Shown here piece by piece: positions 38,949 to 48,933 of a stretch of 64,000 bases of DNA. Both the position numbers and the translations under genes were made by a program. Under the pieces are notes generated by a model, which had not been told where the DNA came from, searched no databases, and saw only the letters and a list, made by a program, of their open reading frames with translations. The first letter of the stretch is position 1. The number at the start of each line of letters is the position of its first letter. The stretch comes from a virus (Duplodnaviria; Heunggongvirae; Uroviricota; Caudoviricetes), in IMG/VR virus record IMGVR_UViG_3300047393_000100; one strand, given 5' to 3'.

Positions 38949-40775
38949 ATGGCGGATTACGTAGGAGATAATAAATGGATTCCAACTGGAGAATCAGAAA
39001 AGGACGCACAGAAATTAGTATGGTCTACAAAATCAATTAATGATTTAACAGTAGCGCTTGACAAGGGTTATAGACCTCAGGTAAGTATGCCATTTTATGA
39101 AGGTAAACAATTTCTAAGAAGAGGAAATATTGTATTTGAATATACTAATGCTGAAATATCTGAAATAGCAAAATGTGCAAACGATATTGTATATTTTGCA
39201 GAAAAGTATGCAGTAGTAATGACAGATAATGGTATTCAAAAGGTTATACTTAGGGAATACCAAAAACAATTGCTTAGAGATTTTCAAAATAATAGATTTA
39301 ATATTGTCTTGGCATCTAGGCAAATGGGTAAAACAGTAACAGCATCCATTTTCAATGCATGGTATCTTACATTTAATTATGATAAAACAACATTACTTTT
39401 AGCAAACAAGGCTGAATCAACTAAAGAGATTATTGATAAAGCAAAGGTAGTTATAGAACATCTTCCATTTTTCATGAAGCCAGGAATTCTTAAATATGAC
39501 GTTATGAACGTTAGAGGAGATAATGGATGTCGTTTGGTAGGTCAATCTACTACAGCAAAATCGGGTATTGGTTTTACTATTCATAATTTATATTTAGATG
39601 AGTTTGCACATGTTCATCCTACTATTGTAGATGCATTCTATGAAAACGTTTACCCTACTCTTTCTGCATCAAAAATTTCAAGGATAAATATCACATCTAC
39701 TCCAAATGGATTTAATAAGTTCTATGAAATTTATGCTGATGCTGAAAAAGGAAATAATGAGTATACTCCAACCCGAATTGATTGGTGGCAACACCCTGAT
39801 AGAGATGATGCATGGTATAAAAGAGAACTTGGAAATTTAGGTTCGGAAGATGCATTTAATCGACAATATGGAAATGAATTTACAAGTTCATCTAGTTTAT
39901 TATTAAGTCCAGGTACAATGAAAAATATTAGGAAGAATGCAAAGAAATTTGAATTCTACGATTTAGAAGAATTTGAAAATATACATATTGCTACGGAAGG
40001 ATTTTTATCGTTTGACCCTGATTTTGATGTTGAAAGCGCATCGAATTCTGACAAGTATTACCTATTTTCAGTGGATATTGCCGAAGGTAATGGAGGAGAT
40101 TACTCTGTTATCAATGTATTTGAGGTAGATGCAATGGAAGATATAGATATTGAAAATTCAATAAGTCCAGGCGCAATGTACGATTTTTTTAAATTAGACC
40201 AAGTTGCAGTGTTTAGAAGTAATGAACATCCTATTGAGGATTTTGCAAAGGTACTATATACATTAGCATTAGATATTTTCAATCCTGAGAACGTTAAGAT
40301 GATTATAGAGTACAATACGTATGGAAGTATATTATTACAGTACTTAAGCACTGTGTTTCCAGGGCGTAATGAATTTGAAGATGAGATGGTACTTAGATTT
40401 AAACATAGACATGATTCAAAGGTATTAAAACCAGGAATTAGATTAAAATCAGATAATAAGTCAGTTTTCTGCCAAAACTTTAAAAAACTCATTGAAACAA
40501 ATAGAATTAAAGTAAATGATATAATAACAGTACAAGAGGCAAGTTTATTTGGTACTTTAAGAAATGGAAGTTATGGTGCGCAAATGGGAAATGATGATAC
40601 AATCATGACATGCATTACGGCAACCGAATTTTTAGGAACAAGTGATTATGCTGATTATGTTGAAGAATTATTAGATATTATAGATCCAGAAAAACATTTA
40701 TTAATGGAAAGAATTCTATATAAAGATAATGATATACAAGGTGATCTCCAATATGATATCTACGACCTTTTATAG
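38949..40775 (+). CDS. gp17: Terminase large subunit (gp17-like)
   Basis: SRQMGKT, YLDEFA, TSTPNG, VDIAEG.GGDYS, NDD. Confidence 0.95.
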   Translation: MADYVGDNKWIPTGESEKDAQKLVWSTKSINDLTVALDKGYRPQVSMPFYEGKQFLRRGNIVFEYTNAEISEIAKCANDIVYFAEKYAVVMTDNGIQKVILREYQKQLLRDFQNNRFNIVLASRQMGKTVTASIFNAWYLTFNYDKTTLLLANKAESTKEIIDKAKVVIEHLPFFMKPGILKYDVMNVRGDNGCRLVGQSTTAKSGIGFTIHNLYLDEFAHVHPTIVDAFYENVYPTLSASKISRINITSTPNGFNKFYEIYADAEKGNNEYTPTRIDWWQHPDRDDAWYKRELGNLGSEDAFNRQYGNEFTSSSSLLLSPGTMKNIRKNAKKFEFYDLEEFENIHIATEGFLSFDPDFDVESASNSDKYYLFSVDIAEGNGGDYSVINVFEVDAMEDIDIENSISPGAMYDFFKLDQVAVFRSNEHPIEDFAKVLYTLALDIFNPENVKMIIEYNTYGSILLQYLSTVFPGRNEFEDEMVLRFKHRHDSKVLKPGIRLKSDNKSVFCQNFKKLIETNRIKVNDIITVQEASLFGTLRNGSYGAQMGNDDTIMTCITATEFLGTSDYADYVEELLDIIDPEKHLLMERILYKDNDIQGDLQYDIYDLL

Positions 40776-40806
40776 GTTATTTCTGTAAATAATCACAATT
40801 AAAATA

Positions 40807-40815
40807 GATATATAA
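40807..40815 (+). promoter_or_regulatory. Putative late promoter GATATATAA
   Basis: Upstream of the tail sheath. Confidence 0.7.
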
Positions 40816-40841
40816 TAAAAGAAAAAAATACAATTAAAATT

Positions 40842-43412
40842 ATGGCATTAAGTCCTCAATTATTAAATTTTAAGAGCTCAGGTGTTTATAGACTTGAGTT
40901 TGATAAATCTCAGACTGCTAACATCAATACTGAGACTCTTAGATTAGTTGTAGGTCACTCTAAAAAAGGACCTTACAATACTCCAGTTTTGATTGATTCA
41001 CAAGAGACATTTAACAATGTTTTTGGTTCAATCGATAAAGGATTAGAAAAAAAAGGAATGTTTTTCCACAGATCATGTTTAGAAGCTCTTACTAGAGGTC
41101 CTATATTAGCATTAAATTTAGCTAAATTCACACCAGCGTTAGACTTAGCAAATTATCAATCACTTTCAACAAATGGTTCTATTTCCGGAGCTAATTTATC
41201 AGTAGTAGGTGACGGTGATTATAATAAATTCTTCGATAATGATAAATTTATGACACCTTCTGATTCTGCAACATTGGCAGAAATTGCAAATGGTGACAAT
41301 AACTTATTAAATTTTGTAAATATTAAACAAGATTCAATTACTATTATTGTAAGACAAGCAGCTTCAGTTAAAGAATTTGATTTAACTGCAAGAGAATGGT
41401 ACGGTGAAGGAAATGTTCCTGAATACTTAAACCAATTTGATAAAATGTCAGATTTCATGATCGATGTTTTTGTGTTTAAAGGAGAATTTGACGCTGCTAC
41501 AATGGCAAACGATCCAATCTATTCTGCATATTTTAATGCAAATGGAATTAACAAAAATAAATTAAATGAATTTGCAAACTTAAGACAAGTTAGTTTAATT
41601 GCTCAATATACTGGTTCTATTTTACCAGGATTTAAAGATCTTGAAGGTAGAAACTTATATATTGAATCAATGATTAACGCTGAGGCAAGAAGAACTGGTT
41701 TATTTTGTGCAGTTGATGAAGATGCAGTATTAAATGACAATGGAACTAAAATTGATTTTGTTGGCCATTCGGTTGATTCATATCAAGATTATGAAATTTT
41801 ATCCCATGTTGCTAAACAAAACGCGATATCCTCACAACATGATATTGAATTTGATGGTGGTGAAGAAGTAACAGTTACTGGAAACACTTTAGTAATTACC
41901 GATTTAGATGTATCCCATGCAAATGATATTACTGAAGGAGAAGATTCATTATATGCTACAGCATCTGGAGAATACACAATAGTTACTAATGTTAATTATG
42001 ATTCATTAACTTCTACATTAACAGTAACATGTGCGTCTAATATCAGTACAGCATATAATGGAATTAAAGTAGTAGGAGATACTCTTAACACATTCCACAT
42101 ATCAAACGATAGAGTAACTGCATATATTTTTAATGACCATAATGGTACTTACGCAAATGGACTTAATGGAAGCACAAATTTCACAGTTACTTATTTAAAT
42201 GCAAACGCACCAACAACTTTCCCAATCACAATTGGAGATTATGTAGATGCAGCAGCAAATGACAGAATTGCAAGAGTTAATAGAATCGCAAAAGAAATAG
42301 GAACAACAAATACTATATATACGATAGTAACTGATGTTGAACCAGCATACAACGATAGAATAATTAAATCATTTGCAAATGCATCTGATTATTATAAAAC
42401 ATTTGTTCTAGGAAAAGCTGAAATTACTGTAAAAGAAATAAACCAATATTTATCAGTTCTTTCTTCTGGTAATGGAATTTACAACGCGCTAGTCGACAAA
42501 GATATTATCGATTTTAGATATGTTGTAGATACATTTGCATCATATGATGTGACTGGATTAATTAATAAATCAAATCTTTCGCAATTAGCCAAAGATAGAC
42601 AAAATGCATCTGCTATATTAAATGCACCAACGATCGAAGATTTTAAAAAATCAAATGATCCTTCATTTACTGATGAAAATGGAGCATTCAATACATTATA
42701 TGTAACAACAGGAGGAAATCAAGATAAAAATCCTACTAAAGTTTATTCATTACCTAGTATTGCGCAAGGAGCAAATTACGCATTCTATTATGGGCCAGGA
42801 TTAATCGTATCTGATAATGGAAAAGATATCGTAGTTCCGCCAGCGGCATACATATCTAATAACTTTTTAGATAAATATTCAAATGCATTACCATGGTCAA
42901 TAGTTGCAGGTCCAAGACGTGGAGTTGTTGCAGGTACTAATGTTAAAGGAGTTGAATATTCTTTTGATAAAACAGATAGAGATTACCTAGAACCATTCGG
43001 AATCAATCCTATTGTATTCCAAAGAGGAGTAGGTTTAACTATCCTAGGAAATAAAACAGCACAACAATCTATTAAATCAGCTCTTTCTTCAGCACATGTT
43101 AGAGAAGCACTTATTTATATTCAAGACGGTATGGCTAATATCCTAAAAGATTATGTATTTGAATTTAACAATACACAGACTAGATTAGAAATTAAAACTC
43201 TTGCAGATTCATTCTTACAGGGTGTTAAACAAGATGGTGGTGTTTATGAATTTAAAAATGTAATGGATAGCACAAATAATACAAATGAAGTTATCGATAA
43301 CAACATCGGAATCATCGATACTTATGTTGAGCCTGTTAAAGGTTTAGAAATTGTTGTTCACAGAACTACAATTCTTAACACAGGTGAAATACAATCCGGT
43401 AACCTAGGTTAA
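40842..43412 (+). CDS. gp18: Contractile tail sheath protein (gp18-like)
   Basis: SSGVY..E.D.S, KGPYNTP, PW..VAG.RRG, INPI, HVR, FEFNN..TR. Confidence 0.92.
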   Translation: MALSPQLLNFKSSGVYRLEFDKSQTANINTETLRLVVGHSKKGPYNTPVLIDSQETFNNVFGSIDKGLEKKGMFFHRSCLEALTRGPILALNLAKFTPALDLANYQSLSTNGSISGANLSVVGDGDYNKFFDNDKFMTPSDSATLAEIANGDNNLLNFVNIKQDSITIIVRQAASVKEFDLTAREWYGEGNVPEYLNQFDKMSDFMIDVFVFKGEFDAATMANDPIYSAYFNANGINKNKLNEFANLRQVSLIAQYTGSILPGFKDLEGRNLYIESMINAEARRTGLFCAVDEDAVLNDNGTKIDFVGHSVDSYQDYEILSHVAKQNAISSQHDIEFDGGEEVTVTGNTLVITDLDVSHANDITEGEDSLYATASGEYTIVTNVNYDSLTSTLTVTCASNISTAYNGIKVVGDTLNTFHISNDRVTAYIFNDHNGTYANGLNGSTNFTVTYLNANAPTTFPITIGDYVDAAANDRIARVNRIAKEIGTTNTIYTIVTDVEPAYNDRIIKSFANASDYYKTFVLGKAEITVKEINQYLSVLSSGNGIYNALVDKDIIDFRYVVDTFASYDVTGLINKSNLSQLAKDRQNASAILNAPTIEDFKKSNDPSFTDENGAFNTLYVTTGGNQDKNPTKVYSLPSIAQGANYAFYYGPGLIVSDNGKDIVVPPAAYISNNFLDKYSNALPWSIVAGPRRGVVAGTNVKGVEYSFDKTDRDYLEPFGINPIVFQRGVGLTILGNKTAQQSIKSALSSAHVREALIYIQDGMANILKDYVFEFNNTQTRLEIKTLADSFLQGVKQDGGVYEFKNVMDSTNNTNEVIDNNIGIIDTYVEPVKGLEIVVHRTTILNTGEIQSGNLG

Positions 43413-43415
43413 TAA

Positions 43416-43424
43416 GATATATAA
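43416..43424 (+). promoter_or_regulatory. Putative late promoter GATATATAA
   Basis: Upstream of the tail tube. Confidence 0.65.
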
Positions 43425-43446
43425 AAAAATAAAACATTAATAAAAC

Positions 43447-44001
43447 ATGGCTTTACCACATTATTCACAAGATCAGACATCTAGAAAAGGTAGAAACTTC
43501 GAACCTGTACAAGGTAATTTATTTGAAGTTACAATTTTACCTCCATCTGGAATCTCAGATGCGCCATTGATGCTTCAACATATTAATTCTATAGGAGGAT
43601 TAGAATTATATAAAGGAGTGGAAGCGGTAGCACAAAAATATAAATTCGCAACTCGTTCATTCGCAGGTATGCCTGGTGAAACTTCAGTTGATATTACCCT
43701 TAATTTCTCATTAAACTTAAATGAAGCAAATCAAGCTTACCTTTACAAATCAATGAGACAATGGTATAACAAACAATATGACCCGCAAACAGGGGCAATG
43801 GGACTTAAAAAAGATTATGTAGGTACTATCGTTATCGTTCAGTTTAATAGAGCTGGTGATATTTATAGAACTGTAACTCTTGAAGATTGTCTTATTACTT
43901 CAGGTTTAGGTTTCACAAATGATTTATCTTATGATTCTGCAGATCCTGCAACATTAGAGGTAGGTTTTAGATGTGACGTTTGGAAGGAAGATTTAGCATA
44001 A
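43447..44001 (+). CDS. gp19: Tail tube protein (gp19-like)
   Basis: Follows the sheath; NLFEV, R.FAG, W....YD..TG, L.Y......L.V.F..D.W. Confidence 0.85.
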   Translation: MALPHYSQDQTSRKGRNFEPVQGNLFEVTILPPSGISDAPLMLQHINSIGGLELYKGVEAVAQKYKFATRSFAGMPGETSVDITLNFSLNLNEANQAYLYKSMRQWYNKQYDPQTGAMGLKKDYVGTIVIVQFNRAGDIYRTVTLEDCLITSGLGFTNDLSYDSADPATLEVGFRCDVWKEDLA

Positions 44002-44010
44002 TTATTTCAT

Positions 44011-44046
44011 AAATGGGAGATAGTTTTTAATTATCTCCCATTTTTT
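44011..44046 (+). terminator. Rho-independent terminator
   Basis: AAATGGGAGATA...TATCTCCCATTT then T tract. Confidence 0.9.
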
Positions 44047-44094
44047 ATGAAACAAAAACATAATATAATGATAATATAATATATAGAAAGTTAA

Positions 44095-44310
44095 ATGGAT
44101 AAACTTACCAAAAAACTACAAGTGCTTCTTTCTGAAGACGAAGTATTTTTAATTAACAGAATTATCCTTAATGAAGCAATTGAAAGTGGAGAAAGACCAA
44201 TTTCAATTTCTGCGTTTATAAGGGAAGTAATAAGAAAAGAAATAGAAGAGAAGGTAAAAGATGACAAGCCTTTTGAAAAAATTGACATCAGAAAACTTAA
44301 AGACAAATAA
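44095..44310 (+). CDS. Ribbon-helix-helix DNA-binding protein
   Basis: KLQVLLSEDE...SISAFIREVI pattern. Confidence 0.6.
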   Translation: MDKLTKKLQVLLSEDEVFLINRIILNEAIESGERPISISAFIREVIRKEIEEKVKDDKPFEKIDIRKLKDK

Positions 44311-44312
44311 AT

Positions 44313-45272
44313 ATGAGTAACGAAACAGATTTAAATTTAGAGGATCAATATAAAAATATTGTTCAATTAGATGAAAATGTACAAATGGAAGAAGTTCAAA
44401 ATGAACCAGCTAACTTAGGTAAAGTTAATATGGAACGTTTTGCAAATCAACGTGCTGAAGGTGCGGATTTTCATTTAGGATATCATGCGATTCCGGTTAT
44501 TTCATTACCATCAGGTGGTATGTTTTACCCTGAAGGAACTGAAATTTCAATACGCTCTGCGAAAGTCGCAGAAGTTAGACACTTTTCAACAATTGATGAA
44601 ACAAATGTATTAGATATTGATGAAAAATTAAATCAAGTTGTAGAATCATGCATAAGAATTACATGTGCAACTAAAAGATTATCTTACAAAGATATTTTAG
44701 AAGAAGATAGATTCTTTATTATTTTATCTATTAGAGAATTAACATTTCCTGAGCCAGAATCAAGTTTAAAAATCGAACACACCGATAAAAAAGGAGAAAA
44801 ACACGATATTGAAATTAAAAAAGATTATTTTCAATATTTCAAAATTCCAACTGAGTTAGATAAATATTATGATAATGATGAAAGATCTTTCTTAATTGAA
44901 ACAAGATCATTTGGTACTATTTCAATGAGACCACCTGTTATTGGAGTTATGCAAAAGATTACAGGATATATTAAAGAAAAACAACAAAGGGGTGAAAAGA
45001 TAGATCAATCTGTATTACAAATTATACCATACCTTCACCATGATTGGAGAGGATTTAACGATAAAACATTATTTGATTTTGAAGTTGAATTAAATGGATG
45101 GTCAAGTAAAAAATACAATCTAGTATATACATTGGCAGAAAAAATGAAAATCGGGATTCAACCAAATATGTTAGTACACCTAGGGGACGAGGAGGAAGAG
45201 GTTCCCATTAGTTTTCGTGACGGCATCAAATCTCTTTTCATTGTTCAAGATATCGCTGGAGAACTTCTTTAA
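44313..45272 (+). CDS. Baseplate hub / tail assembly chaperone (gp26-like)
   Basis: LPSGGMFY, SIRS.KV.E, EDR..I.L.IR; between tube and tape measure. Confidence 0.6.
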   Translation: MSNETDLNLEDQYKNIVQLDENVQMEEVQNEPANLGKVNMERFANQRAEGADFHLGYHAIPVISLPSGGMFYPEGTEISIRSAKVAEVRHFSTIDETNVLDIDEKLNQVVESCIRITCATKRLSYKDILEEDRFFIILSIRELTFPEPESSLKIEHTDKKGEKHDIEIKKDYFQYFKIPTELDKYYDNDERSFLIETRSFGTISMRPPVIGVMQKITGYIKEKQQRGEKIDQSVLQIIPYLHHDWRGFNDKTLFDFEVELNGWSSKKYNLVYTLAEKMKIGIQPNMLVHLGDEEEEVPISFRDGIKSLFIVQDIAGELL

Positions 45273-45489
45273 GACTAAATTTCATATTTATCTTAAATTA
45301 CATATTCAACCAAGCGAACTTGAGAATTTGGAATATTACGAATTCCATTACTTAGTGAAAGACTTAATAGAACATATTAAGGCGGAGAATAAACAGAACG
45401 AAGGGCAACAAGACACAACGTCAGGCATGATGAATAACATGAAAATGCCAAACATGAAAATGCCAAACATGAAAATGCCAAAAATGTAA
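45217..45489 (+). CDS. Small tail assembly protein (gp51-like), start uncertain
   Basis: SLENFFKT.F......H.Q.SELENL.Y.E pattern; overlaps the upstream gene in the +1 frame; NMKMP x3 tail. Confidence 0.55.
   Translation: MTASNLFSLFKISLENFFKTKFHIYLKLHIQPSELENLEYYEFHYLVKDLIEHIKAENKQNEGQQDTTSGMMNNMKMPNMKMPNMKMPKM
45436..45480 (+). repeat. 15-bp tandem repeat x3 (NMKMP)
   Basis: AACATGAAAATGCCA three times. Confidence 0.95.
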
Positions 45490-45491
45490 TT

Positions 45492-45517
45492 AAAGGATCC
45501 CAAGTGGATCCTTTTTT
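45492..45517 (+). terminator. Rho-independent terminator
   Basis: AAAGGATCC-CAAGT-GGATCCTTT then T tract. Confidence 0.85.
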
Positions 45518-45522
45518 ATTTA

Positions 45523-45531
45523 GATATATAA
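45523..45531 (+). promoter_or_regulatory. Putative late promoter GATATATAA
   Basis: Upstream of the tape measure. Confidence 0.6.
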
Positions 45532-45569
45532 TGATATAGACATTGTATATAAAAAAAATAAAAACAATA

Positions 45570-48254
45570 GTGACTAATAGTACAAAACAACTTTCAATAT
45601 TATCATCTCCATTGGAGCGAATCGCTACTGCTACGGAAACTTCATCTAATACCCTTTTACAAATTAATCAAGTTGTTGTTAGTATAAACACATATGCCCT
45701 TGAAACAGTGCAAGAACTTAAAAAACAAACATCAGTTTTATTAGATATTAAAGGTTTATTAAAAGGACAAAATAAAACATTAGAACAAGGAGTTGCATCA
45801 AAGGGAGGTCCAACTAATAAAATGTTTAGTCCAATGGATGCCAAGGACGTAGGGCTTACTGCCCTGATGATAATAGGTGTTGCAGGCGCAATTGTTGGAG
45901 CTGCTGCAATATTTTCATTAATTCCAGTAATATCAGTACCTCAATTACTTACAGCTCTTGCAGTTGCAGGAATATTTGCCCTAATTGCACCTCTTTTTGT
46001 TAGAATTTCAGATACTCTTGCAAAAAATGCAAGTTTGATGGCAGGTACTAATAGGGCAGGAAATATAAATCCTGCAAAATCAAGTTCATTATTTGCTCTT
46101 GTCGGTTCAACTGCACTTACACTGATGGCAATAGCAGGTTCTCTTGTATTATCTGCTGCAATATTATCATTAATGCCAGTGATAAATCCTGCGCAACTAT
46201 TAATGGCGTTAGCAGTATCCGTTATTATGATACCTGCTGCCTTTGCATATTCAATGATACTTAAAGCAACAAAAGATATTAAACCAGAGGGATTAGTATT
46301 TGCAGCAATTGCACTTCCACTAATGGCACTTGGAATTGTTGGAGTTGCATACGCATTTATGTTAATGCCAAGTAATCAAGTGGCGCCAGACCCATTATGG
46401 GTTCTTAAGTCCGCATTTGCTATAGGATTATTTGCTGTAGGATTTTATTTCATCATGAAGGCAATCAAAGGCGCCGACATTAAGGAAATAGCATTTGGTG
46501 CTATTGCAATCCCATTAATGGCAATTGCAATTGCAGGGGTTGGTGCTATTTTTAGTATGCTTCCTCAGGTTAATCCAGCAATGGCACCAGATCCAATATG
46601 GGTTCTTAAGTCTGCGTTTGCTATAGGATTATTTGCTGTAGGATTTTACTTTATTATGAAGGCGATTAAAGGCGCAAGTATTCCAGAACTTATATATGGT
46701 GCTATTGCAATCCCATTAATGGCACTTGGAATTCTAGGAGTTGCATTTATTTTTCAAGCGCTTTCAACTATAAGTGAATATGTCGCGCCAGATCCATTAT
46801 GGGTTTTAAAGGCCGGATTCGCAATATTGATTTTTAGCATACCCTTTTATTTAGTATCGAAAGCTATTAAAGGAATGGGACCTGCTGAATTATTATTTAT
46901 GACTCTTGCTATTCCAATAGTTGCATTTGGAGTTCTTGCAACTGCATGGATTTTTCAAAGTCTTGCAGGAATTAAATATTTTGCACCTGATGTATCATGG
47001 ACATTAAAGGCAGGAATATCAGTTGTTATATTTGGAGGAATGTTATATTTATCTAGTAAAACAATTGGTAGATTAAGTCTTAAAGATTTAACAATGGCTC
47101 TTATAGGAGTAGTAGTTACTTCGTTTGCAATAGTTGCAGTCGCATGGTTATTCCAATTATTGCCAAGTAATTTGATTGCACCTCCAATAGATTGGACTAC
47201 TAGTACTGCATTGGCATTAGGTTTAATGGGAGCTGCCATTGTTGTAATGGGAATTGCAGTTGCCGCTTTAACACCAGCGACATTACTGTTAGGGGCACTT
47301 GGAATTATAGTAGCTGCAATTACAATATTAGCAGTTGGATGGATTTTAGCGCAATTAGCACCTGTAATGCCAAATCTTGTCACAGTTGCACAAGGAATAA
47401 CATCAGCGTTATTAACACCAATTAATGGTATTATAGATGTATTTGCAAGATTTAAAAATGAAATAGGTATTGAAAACATGATTGGCCTTGCGACCGGAGT
47501 TGCAGCATTAGGTGGAGCATGGTTAATATTCTCAGCAGCAATGGGTGGCGCAAGTGTAGTCGGCGGAATCGGTACTGCAATTGGAGGTTTATTTGAAGGT
47601 ATTGGAAAATTATTTGGTGGAGATGGACCTTCTCCTATTGAATTATTAGAAAGACTTGCAGTTGCAGGACCTAATATTCAAAACCTATCAAAACCATTAA
47701 TTCAAGTTGGTACTGGATTTTCAATGATAAATGTGGCATCAGGCGGTGTAGTAAAGGCATTAAAGGCAGTTGTCGATTTCAATGATAACATTGATGAAGA
47801 TGATTTTACTAAAAAAGCAAAGGCTACTGAAAAGATTGCTAAGTCATATAAAATAATTGCAGATTCAAGTAGAACAATGAATGTAAAGGCTATTCAAGCA
47901 ACTACTAGTATGTTTGCTTCGCTTACGGATCTTGCAAAAAATAAAGGTGAATCTGCAATGTCGGTTCTTGCTGACAAGTTATTAGATGCGGTTAAACAAT
48001 TGAGTGGAACTGTTGAAAATCTAGAAAAATCGGTAGAGAATCAAGGTAAAGCAACGAGTGGTCTTCCGGACGTTATTTCAGGAGTGATGGATACTGTTAA
48101 AGAAACTGTAATAGGCGTTAAGAAAACTACTGATAAAATGAATAAAGACACAAAAGATGCAGCAATGGACTTACAACCATTAATAGATGCAATTAATGAA
48201 CTTGAAGCTAGATTCGATACGGCAATTAAAGTTATCGATGTTACTGTAGTTTAA
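45570..48254 (+). CDS. Tape measure protein (probable GTG start at 45570)
   Basis: Ala/Gly-rich hydrophobic repeats, follows the tail chaperones; A-rich leader before the GTG. Confidence 0.8.
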   Translation: MTNSTKQLSILSSPLERIATATETSSNTLLQINQVVVSINTYALETVQELKKQTSVLLDIKGLLKGQNKTLEQGVASKGGPTNKMFSPMDAKDVGLTALMIIGVAGAIVGAAAIFSLIPVISVPQLLTALAVAGIFALIAPLFVRISDTLAKNASLMAGTNRAGNINPAKSSSLFALVGSTALTLMAIAGSLVLSAAILSLMPVINPAQLLMALAVSVIMIPAAFAYSMILKATKDIKPEGLVFAAIALPLMALGIVGVAYAFMLMPSNQVAPDPLWVLKSAFAIGLFAVGFYFIMKAIKGADIKEIAFGAIAIPLMAIAIAGVGAIFSMLPQVNPAMAPDPIWVLKSAFAIGLFAVGFYFIMKAIKGASIPELIYGAIAIPLMALGILGVAFIFQALSTISEYVAPDPLWVLKAGFAILIFSIPFYLVSKAIKGMGPAELLFMTLAIPIVAFGVLATAWIFQSLAGIKYFAPDVSWTLKAGISVVIFGGMLYLSSKTIGRLSLKDLTMALIGVVVTSFAIVAVAWLFQLLPSNLIAPPIDWTTSTALALGLMGAAIVVMGIAVAALTPATLLLGALGIIVAAITILAVGWILAQLAPVMPNLVTVAQGITSALLTPINGIIDVFARFKNEIGIENMIGLATGVAALGGAWLIFSAAMGGASVVGGIGTAIGGLFEGIGKLFGGDGPSPIELLERLAVAGPNIQNLSKPLIQVGTGFSMINVASGGVVKALKAVVDFNDNIDEDDFTKKAKATEKIAKSYKIIADSSRTMNVKAIQATTSMFASLTDLAKNKGESAMSVLADKLLDAVKQLSGTVENLEKSVENQGKATSGLPDVISGVMDTVKETVIGVKKTTDKMNKDTKDAAMDLQPLIDAINELEARFDTAIKVIDVTVV
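46386..47300 (+). repeat. About five 65-67 aa repeats in the tape measure
   Basis: APDP.WVLK units begin at 46386, 46587, 46788, 46986, 47181 (period 201/201/198/195 nt); end coordinate approximate. Confidence 0.85.
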
Positions 48255-48272
48255 TATTCATTATTATATTAT

Positions 48273-48301
48273 AAAAAACCCAGACACGTCTGGGTTTTTT
48301 T
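48273..48301. terminator. Bidirectional Rho-independent terminator
   Basis: AAAAAACCCAGA-CACG-TCTGGGTTTTTT. Confidence 0.9.
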
Positions 48302-48302
48302 A

Positions 48303-48331
48303 TGAAACAAATTTAACCCATTTAATATAAC
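48303..48331 (+). promoter_or_regulatory. Putative middle promoter TGAAAC-N17-TATAAC
   Basis: 17-nt spacer, upstream of thioredoxin. Confidence 0.65.
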
Positions 48332-48352
48332 TATAAATTAAAATAATCAATT

Positions 48353-48607
48353 ATGAAATATATTTACTTTAGTGCTCCATGGTGTGGTCCTTGCAAGATG
48401 TTAGCACCTAAAATGGAATTAGTGGCAGAACAGGTTATTGTTGAAAAATACAATGTTGATGAAAATATGGAAATAGCAACACAATATGGAATTAGAAATG
48501 TTCCAACTGTTATTTTAGTAGATTCAGAAAACAAAGAACTTGAAAGATTTGTTGGTGCTAAAGATACAAACTTTTACTTAGATAAAATAAAAGAATATGA
48601 AAAATAA
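48353..48607 (+). CDS. Thioredoxin
   Basis: WCGPC, cis-Pro motif NVPT. Confidence 0.92.
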   Translation: MKYIYFSAPWCGPCKMLAPKMELVAEQVIVEKYNVDENMEIATQYGIRNVPTVILVDSENKELERFVGAKDTNFYLDKIKEYEK

Positions 48608-48929
48608 TATAATAGAAAGACTTCTTAACGAAGGCCATATTACAATAAAAACAGCCGATGCTCTTCTAAATAATGGAACAAATAAGGTAGATTATATCTC
48701 AGATTTAAAGAATGAGGGTATTATTTCCAATATGGAAGCAATTACATTATTAAGAAATGATGAAACTTTATCATTTCCATTTGGAGTACCAAACCAAACC
48801 ATACCTATTATGCCATTGACATATCCAAATCCATGGATTGATTTAAATACGCCATATACAAGTCCACCATGGACAGTTACCTATACTGCAGATCCATTGG
48901 CAATGAATCAAAGCCATAGTGAAAAATAA
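48597..48929 (+). CDS. Hypothetical protein
   Basis: Operon-packed ORF. Confidence 0.6.
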   Translation: MKNNIIERLLNEGHITIKTADALLNNGTNKVDYISDLKNEGIISNMEAITLLRNDETLSFPFGVPNQTIPIMPLTYPNPWIDLNTPYTSPPWTVTYTADPLAMNQSHSEK

Positions 48930-48933
48930 ATCT

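Noticed and set aside
44048-44080. Additional TGAAAC middle promoter before the RHH gene
   Set aside because: The -35 box is present but no TATAAT at 17-nt spacing; plausible but not counted
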